Shown here: positions 8,985-17,565 of the stretch, one piece after another
Layout of the letters: each line of letters starts with the position of its first letter
Position numbering within the stretch: position 1 is the stretch's first letter
Assembly (NCBI GenBank): GCA_018830295.1
Contig: JAHJSM010000001.1
Coordinates: 321,980-385,979 of the forward strand
Direction: 5' to 3'
DNA length: 64,000 nt
From: Patescibacteria group bacterium
GTDB taxonomy: Bacteria; Patescibacteriota; Minisyncoccia; Portnoybacterales; UBA2143
Program-made: the position numbers and the translations under genes
The notes under the pieces: generated by a model
Seen by the model: only the letters and a program-made list of their open reading frames with translations
The model's database searches: none
Told to the model about the DNA's origin: nothing

Positions 8985-10868
8985 TTAAACTATCCCCAGC
9001 GCCTTTCCCGCGCTGCTTTCAACATAATTAGCTGTATCAGGCCTATCTTCTTTAAGTTTTTTCTTTTTTGCTTCATCTTGATATATTGGCTTGATGGCCT
9101 TTTCTGTAATATGGTTGGATAACGCAGGGTTGCTTTCATGTAATTTGGATAGCGTTGAGGGATTCATTTTTCCACCTTTTTCAGTTATGGATTTTTTAAT
9201 AAATCCTTGAACCGCCGCTTGACCGGAATTGGGACTTTCTCCGCCAAGCGATTCAGATTGTATCTTTGACAGTCCATCCTTTGTGAAAGAAATATATTTT
9301 TCAAGCGCCGCTTTTGCCGCTTCGTCTTTTTTCCCTAAAGGAGCGGCGTTAAATGCCATAGAAGCCGCGATATCCGGCCTGGCCGACAAAAGATCTCCTT
9401 CTTGTCCGTGTCTTTGGGCGATTTTAATCGCTTTTTGAATCTCTTCGTGGGTATAGCCCGTCTTTTCGTTTTCCTTAAACGCTTTTTTCTCGGCTAAAAT
9501 TTGAGCGATAGCCACTTTCGCTCTCCCGTCAACCGCCATGCTTGTCCGTTGAAGGTTGTCGGTGGTATAACTCTTGTATTTTTCTTTTTCTTTTCCTGTT
9601 GCCGCTCTTTCTATTTCTGAAAGAGAACGGAGTCCTCTGCCACCTTGCTTCATTAATGTCTTGGCTCCAGTTAATTTGCCCGTCCATCCCATTCGTTCGG
9701 CCGCGGCGCTCAACTTTTCTCCAGCCCAGCCAGATGGTATCGCGCCCGCTCTTAACGCTTTTCTCTTTCCCCAATCACCAGCTCCTTTTCCTGCGTTTTG
9801 CGCCATTTTTATTACTCCAGCGGCGCCATAAATGCTCAATTTTTGCGCGACGATAATTCCTCCAAAAAGAAATCCAGTGGCGGCTAAATATTGCATCAAC
9901 ACATTTGGTGAAGACATAAGACCATTCCAAAAAGTTTCTTTCCATCCTGTCGCCTCAACAATGCTTGCCATTTCATCATTAATAATATTAGAAAGCGAGT
10001 CGCTATTAGTCGCTTCAACCGCTAAATAGATAAAAAAGGCGTAAATAGGGGCGAAAAAAGACCATTTAAAAAAATTACTCCACCATTTTCTAAAAAGATC
10101 TTCTGTTGCGGGCAAAACCCACATAGCCCAAGCCATGGGCGCTAAAATTAACAAAATCCAAAGCGTAATCATTCTAACTATTAAAAAGAAAGCGCCTATG
10201 CCGACCGCGATTGAAGCAAGAAATAAAAAAACTACAGAGGCAAGCTGGGTAAAAATCAACATCAAAACCCCAGCTGCGCCGGCTGCTAATTTTTCTCCAG
10301 CATCGGCATTTTCATTTATAGACAAAGCGCTTGATACTTTCATAAGTTTTGCCAATTGCTCCGTAAAGCCCATTTCAGAAGTTACTTCCTCGTAAAAAAA
10401 ATGAGTTGCGACTTGAGTAAAATCAATAATTACGCCACCAATAACTAAACTAAAATTAATCAAAAGGGCGGCGATAATAAGTTTTGGCAGTAATTTTTTT
10501 ACATCATACGACTCTATTTTTAAGGCGGTCGCTCCAGCAATAATGATGAGTCCTATGACAAAAAGCATATTTGCCACATCGCGCGTAATTCCCCATCCTG
10601 TTTTCACAATACTAATATTTGTAAACTTTTCTAATCCAAAAGCCATTTCCAAAAGCATTGACGCGAGATAAAAAATGATGGAAAAAATAGAGGTAAATAC
10701 AACGCCAATCGCGCTGATAACGCCTGAAACAACTCCAAAAAAAGCATTTTCCGCCCAACTTGCCCTCGCCTCCCCCGCGCTAAAAACAAAAATACCAAAA
10801 GCGCTCACCGCCAAAATGAGCGACAAACTCGCGATAATTTTTTTGTGTTTTAGAAAGAAGTTAGACAT
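8985..10868 (-). CDS. VirB6/TrbL/PrgH-like polytopic T4SS inner-membrane channel protein
   Basis: 627 aa; signal/TM start, at least 7 TM helices in first 390 aa then a long hydrophilic G/A/K-rich C-terminal domain, the typical TrbL/VirB6 architecture; adjacent to VirB3/VirB4 analogues. Confidence 0.5.
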   Translation of the reverse strand: MSNFFLKHKKIIASLSLILAVSAFGIFVFSAGEARASWAENAFFGVVSGVISAIGVVFTSIFSIIFYLASMLLEMAFGLEKFTNISIVKTGWGITRDVANMLFVIGLIIIAGATALKIESYDVKKLLPKLIIAALLINFSLVIGGVIIDFTQVATHFFYEEVTSEMGFTEQLAKLMKVSSALSINENADAGEKLAAGAAGVLMLIFTQLASVVFLFLASIAVGIGAFFLIVRMITLWILLILAPMAWAMWVLPATEDLFRKWWSNFFKWSFFAPIYAFFIYLAVEATNSDSLSNIINDEMASIVEATGWKETFWNGLMSSPNVLMQYLAATGFLFGGIIVAQKLSIYGAAGVIKMAQNAGKGAGDWGKRKALRAGAIPSGWAGEKLSAAAERMGWTGKLTGAKTLMKQGGRGLRSLSEIERAATGKEKEKYKSYTTDNLQRTSMAVDGRAKVAIAQILAEKKAFKENEKTGYTHEEIQKAIKIAQRHGQEGDLLSARPDIAASMAFNAAPLGKKDEAAKAALEKYISFTKDGLSKIQSESLGGESPNSGQAAVQGFIKKSITEKGGKMNPSTLSKLHESNPALSNHITEKAIKPIYQDEAKKKKLKEDRPDTANYVESSAGKALGIV

Positions 10869-10882
10869 TAATGCAAATCGTC

Positions 10883-12799
10883 TTAATTATCTCGCGCTGC
10901 TGCCGCGAGGCGATTTTTTTCGTCAATACACGCAGTTGCTTTTGCTTTGGCTTCTTCTATTATTTCATTGGCAGCTTCTAATTCAGCGTAAATCGTGCCG
11001 GAATTAGGATAGGTTGGGTCTCCTATTTCTCCCGCGAGATCAGAGTACAACATTAGCACTTCCGTAAGAGCGTCATAAATTTCATCGGACAAGTCATCAA
11101 TTCTAGTCGCTGTTTCGTTAAGATTAACAGAGGTTAGAAGAGGGTTTAATACTATTAAAATATCTTGGACATCTCCAATAACAACCTCTTTCGCGACATC
11201 AATATCATCTTGCGCCGCGATTATTTCATCTGTTTCTATTCCTGAACTTTCTTCGTACAGAGCTTCCCATTCTCTTATTTCAACAATTAAATCTTCAACG
11301 GAAAACATAGCAACGCTAACTAATGAAATTGCTTCGTTAGCATTAAAAATATCTTCTTCTAATTGATTAATTTCTTCTTCAATAGAAGGCAAGATATTAT
11401 TAATAATTTCTGCTTTTGTGCTTGAAGCCCAAGTGTAATTATCTGCGATCACACCTGAACATTCCGCCATGGTTGTTTCCAAGAAAGGAATAGCGTCTTC
11501 ATAAGCGTCATAGACCAAATTCCACGCGACCAAGGTTTCTTCTTGCTTCGGAATGAGGTAATCATCAAGCGTTTCTTCAAGAGAATTTAAGTTAGTTATT
11601 AATTCGTTGGCGGACGCTTCAGCCGTGTAATTGTCCTCTGTGTCTACGATTTCAGGCAAATTTTCTGATTCGCCCGTATCGCCGTATTTGGGCGAAGGCA
11701 CAGCATCCGCCTGAAGAAGCCCTTTGCCTTCGGTAAGAATTCGGTTAATTAAAGCGTCGGCGATTGCTTGGATATATACCGCGTAAGGTCCTGTTTTTGA
11801 CAATGCCGCTCCTATATATGTGTTCATTTTATCAAAAGCGGTAGTGACTGATTTACTGGCAACATCCTTTACCACCGAAGCAGGAGTATTGATTTGGCAT
11901 ATTTTAGAACAAGGCGCGGTGTATCCTGCTGTAGTAAACCCTTTATTATTTGGGTCTGGCTGGCAATCACTAGGCAGAGACGGCGAACCCCAGACATCTG
12001 TTTGCGTTTCAACTAAATCTCCATCCGCGCTATACCAATAGCAATCCTTGGGACTTAAAAATCCTTCGCCCATTTCTAAATCCTTTTGCGCGTTATTTAT
12101 TTCTTGCGTCATAACTCTTACTTTTTCGTCTTTGGCGAGTAGATAAGCTCCCGCAAAAGTGTTTTGCGGTTTCGTCAATTCAATCCATCCCTTCCATCCG
12201 CCGGTCGTAAAGTCGTCATAAAAATCATCTATATTATCCACAATATCCGTAAGCGTGCATTCGGCTTCGGTTTCAAATGTTGGCACATCCCTTAAAGCGA
12301 TTTTTATATCCAGATCAAACGGTTCGCAAAGCCACCCCGCGCCTAAATATTGGTCAACAAAATTTCCACCAGCGTTATTAGCCGCTCTTCCTAGCCAATC
12401 ATCCAGCCCTTCAGATAAAAATCTTGGTTCTGTCCCGTTTTGAATCCACGCGGTAATATCGTTCGTTAATTGGGCGAGTATTTGATGCAAAAGGACATTC
12501 AAGAGAACCGCGGCCGCCCAGGTAATAAGATCTTGCGCTTTCTTCCAAATAGTCCAAGCCGCTATTGTTTTTAAAGAAAGATCGGACAATTTGTCGTACG
12601 AGCTTTTGATATAATTCCACACATTGTCCAATACGGTTTGGAAGACGGTTGTCCATGACAATGACTCGGTATTTGTAACGGGTATTGCCGCCGCTTTTTT
12701 AGGAATAAGAAAAACTGCTCCCATTACTGAAAAAAGCAAGCAAACAATTAAAGCTGTGGAAGTAAATTTTTGTAAAATTGTTTTTTGAAAAAATATCAT
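10883..12799 (-). CDS. Large secreted Cys-rich protein (candidate T4SS surface/adhesin or channel-tip component)
   Basis: 638 aa; N-terminal TM/signal (LIVCLLFSVMGAVFLIPKKAAA); about 12 Cys in paired arrangement (WLCEPFD, AECTLTD, DCYWY, DCQPD, APCSKICQ); acidic coiled-coil C-terminal third. Confidence 0.45.
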   Translation of the reverse strand: MIFFQKTILQKFTSTALIVCLLFSVMGAVFLIPKKAAAIPVTNTESLSWTTVFQTVLDNVWNYIKSSYDKLSDLSLKTIAAWTIWKKAQDLITWAAAVLLNVLLHQILAQLTNDITAWIQNGTEPRFLSEGLDDWLGRAANNAGGNFVDQYLGAGWLCEPFDLDIKIALRDVPTFETEAECTLTDIVDNIDDFYDDFTTGGWKGWIELTKPQNTFAGAYLLAKDEKVRVMTQEINNAQKDLEMGEGFLSPKDCYWYSADGDLVETQTDVWGSPSLPSDCQPDPNNKGFTTAGYTAPCSKICQINTPASVVKDVASKSVTTAFDKMNTYIGAALSKTGPYAVYIQAIADALINRILTEGKGLLQADAVPSPKYGDTGESENLPEIVDTEDNYTAEASANELITNLNSLEETLDDYLIPKQEETLVAWNLVYDAYEDAIPFLETTMAECSGVIADNYTWASSTKAEIINNILPSIEEEINQLEEDIFNANEAISLVSVAMFSVEDLIVEIREWEALYEESSGIETDEIIAAQDDIDVAKEVVIGDVQDILIVLNPLLTSVNLNETATRIDDLSDEIYDALTEVLMLYSDLAGEIGDPTYPNSGTIYAELEAANEIIEEAKAKATACIDEKNRLAAAARDN

Positions 12800-13809
12800 T
12801 TTTGACGACTTTCTAAATCTACCACTATCTCCTCAATCAAACTGCGTAAGTTTTTAGCAGTTTCTTCAAATTTTTTCAAAATAAGTATTCCCTTAAGAGG
12901 GTCTTTTTCATGTTCAGGAATATGCTGATAAACTTTAGACATTGACCAAAAAACAGAAAGCGTCTTTTTGTGAATATCAACCCAGTCCAAAGGAATTGGC
13001 TCGTTTAATATTGCTTGGTATGATTGTAAATAACTTTCCGCCAAGCAATCAGCTCCCTCAAAATTATTTGTTTCAATAAATTTTTGAATAATATCGGCAT
13101 CGTCCCCAATGCTTACTATTGGGCATTTCACGATATCTTTTGTCCTGTCTTGAAGTCGTCCGGCATAATTGCGAATAGCGTCTAAATTATTCTCTTTTGT
13201 GGTTTGGAATTCAAAACCTTCCTTTTGGTAAGAAGGGATAAACTCTGATAAAAAATTAGCGGAGGATTTTCGTAGGGCTTTAGCGACATTTTCATCTGCC
13301 GCTTCTTCAACTGTTTTTTCTAACAAAGCGAGATCTTGAATATTGGGCAAACCAAAAGAATCATTGCTCATTTGTTTGCCTATAAGATAAGTCAACATTT
13401 GGCTTAAATTTCCAGGGTCTGGTCTTTCCATTTTTTTGCTGTCGCTTTTATCCGCGCTCGCTAATTTATCATCAGGCGCTTTTTTGAGTGGGTCGTATCC
13501 GGAGGCAACTTCTTCTCCGTCCGAATAACCGTCTCCATCCGTATCTGGATTGCGAGGGTCTGTTTTATGAATTTTTTCTTCCCAGTCATCTAACCCGTCA
13601 TGGTCTGGGTCATTAGTCATGCTTTCAGCGCTTAAATTTTGGGTGATAAGTTGTTCAAGAAAATTAGCCCGGCTTGATTTGCTTTTCAAAACCAAATATC
13701 CGCCGACGGATATGCCCGCTAGCAATGTCAAAACGACCGCAATGATATAAAACTTTCTTTTAAACTGGTTCATTGATAGTATTATACAATACTTTACAGC
13801 ATTTCCCAA
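12796..13809 (-). CDS. Membrane-anchored protein with thrombospondin type-3-like Ca-binding repeats
   Basis: N-terminal TM (YIIAVVLTLLAGISVGGYLVL); DPDHDGLDDWEE…DPRNPDTDGDGYSDGEE (DxDxDGxxD motifs of TSP3 repeats); first gene of the minus-strand T4SS operon. Confidence 0.5.
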   Translation of the reverse strand: MGNAVKYCIILSMNQFKRKFYIIAVVLTLLAGISVGGYLVLKSKSSRANFLEQLITQNLSAESMTNDPDHDGLDDWEEKIHKTDPRNPDTDGDGYSDGEEVASGYDPLKKAPDDKLASADKSDSKKMERPDPGNLSQMLTYLIGKQMSNDSFGLPNIQDLALLEKTVEEAADENVAKALRKSSANFLSEFIPSYQKEGFEFQTTKENNLDAIRNYAGRLQDRTKDIVKCPIVSIGDDADIIQKFIETNNFEGADCLAESYLQSYQAILNEPIPLDWVDIHKKTLSVFWSMSKVYQHIPEHEKDPLKGILILKKFEETAKNLRSLIEEIVVDLESRQK

Positions 13810-13870
13810 GTTCGTTCTTTTTACTTATCCACAGCGTGACAAGGAAAAATTCATTTTTGGGTCGCGGGGC

Positions 13871-13900
13871 TTGACAAAACATTGCTCTTGCGGTTATAAT
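13871..13900 (+). promoter_or_regulatory. Sigma70-like promoter (TTGACA-18-TATAAT)
   Basis: Perfect -35 TTGACA and -10 TATAAT hexamers with 18-nt spacer about 45 nt upstream of the 13948 ORF. Confidence 0.45.
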
Positions 13901-13947
13901 AAGGAAAATAAATTTTCTTTAACATTTTACATAAGGAGGCGGAGACA

Positions 13948-14625
13948 ATGGATAGATTAATAAAAAGATTTTCGTTTTTAGTTTTTTTGGCGCTTTTGCC
14001 TTTAGTAATAACGGGCTGCGCTGAAACACTTCTTGCCACCAGTTTGGGAGTAGCCGCGTGGCAAGGACATCGGATAGAAACTGATGCTGACGCGGAAGAT
14101 GTGGCTAAAGTCGACATAGATCAGACCGAAACGGCGGCGATGGCGGTTGCTGAAGAAATGGGAATTACCATATCAGGAAGAGAACAGGAAAAAATAGGAG
14201 AAGTTTTGCTTATCGGAAGTTCGCCTCGTCATGAGAAAGTTCATATTATCCTTTCGTCGTTTTCTAATAAAATGACGAAAGTTCAAGCCAGGGCGAGAAA
14301 AAGCAAAATAGGTATCCCTTTTACTCGTAACAAGGACTATACTTACGCGGAAGAAATCGTTAAAGCGATTAAGGAAAAATGTCGCGGTGGAACAATCGCT
14401 AATAAAGGCGATTCTGATGTTGTTGACGCAGTCACAGGGGCGACAATTCAAATCAGCAATATCCGCGAAGGACCGGGCGCGAATTACAAAATTGTCGCGG
14501 TCGCGCCGAAGGGCGCCGAGTTAATTTTCCTCAATGAAGAGGGAAATTGGCTAAAAGTTAAATTAGTAAAAACTGGACGAATCGGGTATATTTACAATAC
14601 TCTTGTTCGTCCAAACGGGATTTAA
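13948..14625 (+). CDS. Lipoprotein with C-terminal bacterial SH3 (SH3b) domain
   Basis: Lipobox LALLPLVITGC; C-terminal …GPGANYKIVAVAPKGAELIFLNEEGNWLKVKLVKTGRIGYIYNTLV matches SH3b fold signature; RBS AAGGAGG 8 nt upstream. Confidence 0.55.
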   Translation: MDRLIKRFSFLVFLALLPLVITGCAETLLATSLGVAAWQGHRIETDADAEDVAKVDIDQTETAAMAVAEEMGITISGREQEKIGEVLLIGSSPRHEKVHIILSSFSNKMTKVQARARKSKIGIPFTRNKDYTYAEEIVKAIKEKCRGGTIANKGDSDVVDAVTGATIQISNIREGPGANYKIVAVAPKGAELIFLNEEGNWLKVKLVKTGRIGYIYNTLVRPNGI

Positions 14626-14641
14626 TGGAATCGGTTAATAG

Positions 14642-14676
14642 GCGCTGGGATTCAAAAAAATCATCCCAGCGCTTTT
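14642..14676 (+). terminator. Rho-independent terminator
   Basis: GGCGCTGGGAT-loop-ATCCCAGCGC hairpin followed by TTTTTCATTTT. Confidence 0.5.
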
Positions 14677-14767
14677 TCATTTTCTATTTTTCTTGACATA
14701 TTCATTAAAATACTGTATGACTAAACCAGTAACTTAACAACTAAACTTAAGAAAAGGGGGTATAGAT

Positions 14768-15370
14768 ATGAAAAGATTAAGATTTTTGACAATAGCAGCA
14801 ATAGTGGCAATGGCGCTTTTCCCAATTTATTGTTTCGCGGGAGGTCTCCCCTCCCCAAAGCCGGGGATGGTTATTATCGCGAACGCGACAAAAGCAGATA
14901 GAGAAATATGGCTTTTCGCTGGCTCTTACGGCGTTGACGACCTAAAGACCTGCGACGAAAGAGGGAATCAGGTCTTTGCTGTTTCTCCTTTGAAATTGCT
15001 TCAAATAGGAGGAAGAGACCTTATCTTCAAGTCGGAGGAAATTATTTCTCCCCAAACGCGAGGACAATGGAGGAGTAATTTCATTCTTCCTTGTAGTTAT
15101 ATGAGATTTAAGGGCGGCAAAATGGCGAGTCAAACGGCTGTTGTTTATCTCAAGCCGAACAGTCGCTATACTCTTTATGTCCGCGACTTGCGGGTAAACG
15201 GCGCGTTTTTAGGCGAGAGGGCGATTTTTGTTAAGACAAGTTATAACGCCACTCGTGATTCGTGCAAATCCTACCTCGGAACAATTTGGGCAGACGAAAT
15301 CATTGACTTGCCCGATGTCGACACAAGCGGTCCAGCGAGATTCGGAATTAAAATCCAAATTGAACCGTAA
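14768..15370 (+). CDS. Secreted hypothetical protein
   Basis: Signal peptide (IAAIVAMALFPIYCFAG); RBS GGGGG upstream; no known motifs. Confidence 0.45.
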   Translation: MKRLRFLTIAAIVAMALFPIYCFAGGLPSPKPGMVIIANATKADREIWLFAGSYGVDDLKTCDERGNQVFAVSPLKLLQIGGRDLIFKSEEIISPQTRGQWRSNFILPCSYMRFKGGKMASQTAVVYLKPNSRYTLYVRDLRVNGAFLGERAIFVKTSYNATRDSCKSYLGTIWADEIIDLPDVDTSGPARFGIKIQIEP

Positions 15371-15385
15371 AAAAGGAGGTAAAAA

Positions 15386-15910
15386 ATGAAAAGCATTCTC
15401 GTGATATTTTTTCTTGGTTGTTTCGCGGCGTGCGCTTATCAGTCGCCACCAATCATATACAAATCGCAAAACCCGAGGATTGTTATTAAAGAAATTCCTA
15501 CAGGCGAAAAAGCAGAACAGAAGGAAGAATTTTTTGAGACATCTTATGTTTATCCAGACCTAACGAGGGGATGTATAGAAAATCAGGCGTTCCCGTATAT
15601 TCCGAAGGTTTTTCTAATAGCAAACGGGCAAAGAATTACCCTAATCGGACCAGAAACAGGTCCGCCAGAATTCAATCCAAACGAAATCAGAGAATTCAAT
15701 CTTCCTCCCGGCGAGCACTTTCTCCACATTGAGAGATGGCAATATTTTTCCGCCTACGGAGGATGGAAAAAAATTCCAAAAACGGAAATAATTAAAGTTT
15801 CAGTCGCTCAATTTAAAGAGGACGATTTAAGCAGATGGGCGACCGAGTACTACGGCTGGCGCGTGATTGTCTATGACAAGCGCACAACCGTTTACGGTGG
15901 GTACCAATAA
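15386..15910 (+). CDS. Hypothetical lipoprotein
   Basis: Lipobox FFLGCFAAC; RBS AAGGAGG; coupled to upstream gene. Confidence 0.45.
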   Translation: MKSILVIFFLGCFAACAYQSPPIIYKSQNPRIVIKEIPTGEKAEQKEEFFETSYVYPDLTRGCIENQAFPYIPKVFLIANGQRITLIGPETGPPEFNPNEIREFNLPPGEHFLHIERWQYFSAYGGWKKIPKTEIIKVSVAQFKEDDLSRWATEYYGWRVIVYDKRTTVYGGYQ

Positions 15911-15920
15911 CAGGCGATTA

Positions 15921-15953
15921 AGGGACAGTCCCTCGCGACGAGGGACTGTCCCT
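15921..15953. repeat. Family B palindromic element (GGGACAGTCCC-loop-GGGACTGTCCC)
   Basis: Inverted 11-12 nt arms with 9-nt loop tcgcgacga; same element at 9 other positions in window. Confidence 0.85.
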
Positions 15954-15962
15954 GTCATAATC

Positions 15963-15999
15963 TTTAGCCCTGATTTGGCAGAATAAATCAGGGCTTTTT
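15963..15999 (+). terminator. Rho-independent terminator
   Basis: AGCCCTGATTT-loop-AAATCAGGGCT hairpin followed by TTTTTTTATTTT. Confidence 0.5.
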
Positions 16000-16086
16000 T
16001 TATTTTCTTATTTGGCAGTTTTAAACAAAGGTGATAAAATTTAAATCCAAGGTCAGATCTCAAGTGTATAATTGAGATTATAGAAT

Positions 16087-16746
16087 ATGTCATCTTTTTC
16101 CCTTAAAATTATCGCCGTAATTACTATGGTCGCGGACCATGTCGGTTTTTTGTTCTTTCCTCATATATTATGGCTAAGAATTATAGGAAGAATTTCATTG
16201 CCAATTTTTGCGTTTCTTATAGGCGAAGGCTATGAAAAAACGAGCAATGTAAAAAAATATTTTTTTCGTCTTGCAATATTTGCCCTTATCTCTTTTGTGC
16301 CGCATTATTTCCTTTTTAAGGTCGGCAGCGCTCCGTACTCAGGAGGATTTAATATATTTTTTACGCTTACCGCTGGATTATTAGGACTAATTGCATTAAA
16401 TCGATACTCTACTTTTACGGGCATAACCGCGCTAATTGGGATAGCAACAGTTGCAGAGTTGCTGCGGTTTGATTACGGAGCATACGGAGTGCTCCTTATC
16501 TGCGCTTTGCGCGGGTTTAGACGCCACAAGATTAGAGATATTGCTTTTGTTGTTATTTTAATCGCGATTTCAGTCTCATTCAAAATTCCACCTGGAACAA
16601 ATTCACTGCAATATTTTTCTCTATTTGCTTTACTCCCTATTTTTTTCTACAACGGCGCTCACGGTATGCGTTTTCCCCGCATGTGGTTTTACTGGTTCTA
16701 TCCGGCGCACATTCTAATTCTTATATTCTTAAAAATTTATATGTAA
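16087..16746 (+). CDS. TraX-family membrane protein (F-pilin N-acetylation-like)
   Basis: N-terminus LKIIAVITMVADHVGFLFFP matches TraX signature (hydrophobic-K-aIA-x3-M-x2-DH-aG); about 6 TM helices, 219 aa; TATAAT at 16063. Confidence 0.55.
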   Translation: MSSFSLKIIAVITMVADHVGFLFFPHILWLRIIGRISLPIFAFLIGEGYEKTSNVKKYFFRLAIFALISFVPHYFLFKVGSAPYSGGFNIFFTLTAGLLGLIALNRYSTFTGITALIGIATVAELLRFDYGAYGVLLICALRGFRRHKIRDIAFVVILIAISVSFKIPPGTNSLQYFSLFALLPIFFYNGAHGMRFPRMWFYWFYPAHILILIFLKIYM

Positions 16747-17565
16747 TAATCCAATCCAATCTTCAATCGTTAACCTTTCGGCCCTGATTTGAACATCTAA
16801 ACCAAGTTCAATCAGGGCTTTTTTTATTTCCTCTTTATTAATTTTTAGCTTTTCCGATAAATTATTCGCCAACTGCTTGCGCGGTCTGGAAAATCCCGCT
16901 TTAACTAAGCGGAAAAATTTTTTCATATCAATATCTTTTGGCTTGCGGATATCGCTAATTTTGACAACAGCCGAATCAACTTTTGGTTTGGGCCAAAACG
17001 ATTGTTTTGGAACATCATAAAGAAGTTCAGGACGGCTATATATTTGAACGGAGACCGAGAGCAGGGTCATTTTACCTTGTGAGGCGCATATTCTCCGCGC
17101 GACTTCTCTTTGCATTAAGAAAATAATTGTTCGCGGAGGATTTTCCGATTCCAGCAATTTTCTAATAAGAAAAGAAGTTAAATAATATGGAATATTAGCG
17201 ACAATTTTGTAGGGCGCGGAGATAATGGGGGCTGCCCCCGCGGCGGGGGCAGCCCCCATTATCTTCAAAATATCACCAACTATAATTTCTACATTATCCA
17301 AATCGCCCAAATTTTCTTTTAGTATCTCGGCGACTTTTTTATCTTTTTCCACGGCGATTACTTTTTTCGCTTTTTGGGCTATTTTCCTCGTCAAGGCGCC
17401 TAAGCCAGGTCCGACCTCCAGAACAATATCCTCCGAAGAAATTTCGGCCGCCTTAACCATCTGGTCAACCACTCCTTCGTCAACCAAAAAATTCTGCCCC
17501 AGGACTTTGTTGGGACGGATGTTGTATTGTTTGAGGAGTTTTTTAATATTATTTTTAGTTTTCAT
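16729..17565 (-). CDS. rsmA: 16S rRNA (adenine1518/1519-N6)-dimethyltransferase RsmA/KsgA, carrying in-frame repeat insertion
   Basis: LGQNFLVDEGVVDQMV…VLEVGPGLGALT SAM-binding motif; …NIPYYLTSFLIRKL; the segment MGAAPAAGAAPII is encoded by the family A palindrome. Confidence 0.85.
   Translation of the reverse strand: MKTKNNIKKLLKQYNIRPNKVLGQNFLVDEGVVDQMVKAAEISSEDIVLEVGPGLGALTRKIAQKAKKVIAVEKDKKVAEILKENLGDLDNVEIIVGDILKIMGAAPAAGAAPIISAPYKIVANIPYYLTSFLIRKLLESENPPRTIIFLMQREVARRICASQGKMTLLSVSVQIYSRPELLYDVPKQSFWPKPKVDSAVVKISDIRKPKDIDMKKFFRLVKAGFSRPRKQLANNLSEKLKINKEEIKKALIELGLDVQIRAERLTIEDWIGLLHINF
17221..17263. repeat. Family A palindromic element (GATAATGGGGGCTGCCCCC-GCGGC-GGGGGCAGCCCCCATTATC) inside ksgA
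   Basis: Two 19-nt perfectly inverted arms; G5-CWG-C5 cores also at 51259-51289, 28742-28769, 33522-33533, 59299-59313. Confidence 0.85.

Noticed and set aside
9529-10029. Cluster of four overlapping short ORFs on both strands inside the VirB6-like gene
   Set aside because: They overlap one another and the 627-aa ORF. The long ORF has coherent TM architecture, so the short ones are treated as spurious.
13851-14117. 88-aa minus-strand ORF overlapping the promoter and 5-prime end of the SH3b lipoprotein gene
   Set aside because: It overlaps a consensus promoter and a well-supported plus-strand gene start. The composition is S/A-rich, as expected for an antisense translation.
16780-16830. Hairpin GCCCTGATT…AATCAGGGC plus T-run resembling the terminator at 15963
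   Set aside because: It lies inside the conserved C-terminal coding region of ksgA (encoding ALIELGLDVQIRAE). The similarity is limited to the stem and is probably coincidental, though the shared stem sequence is noted.
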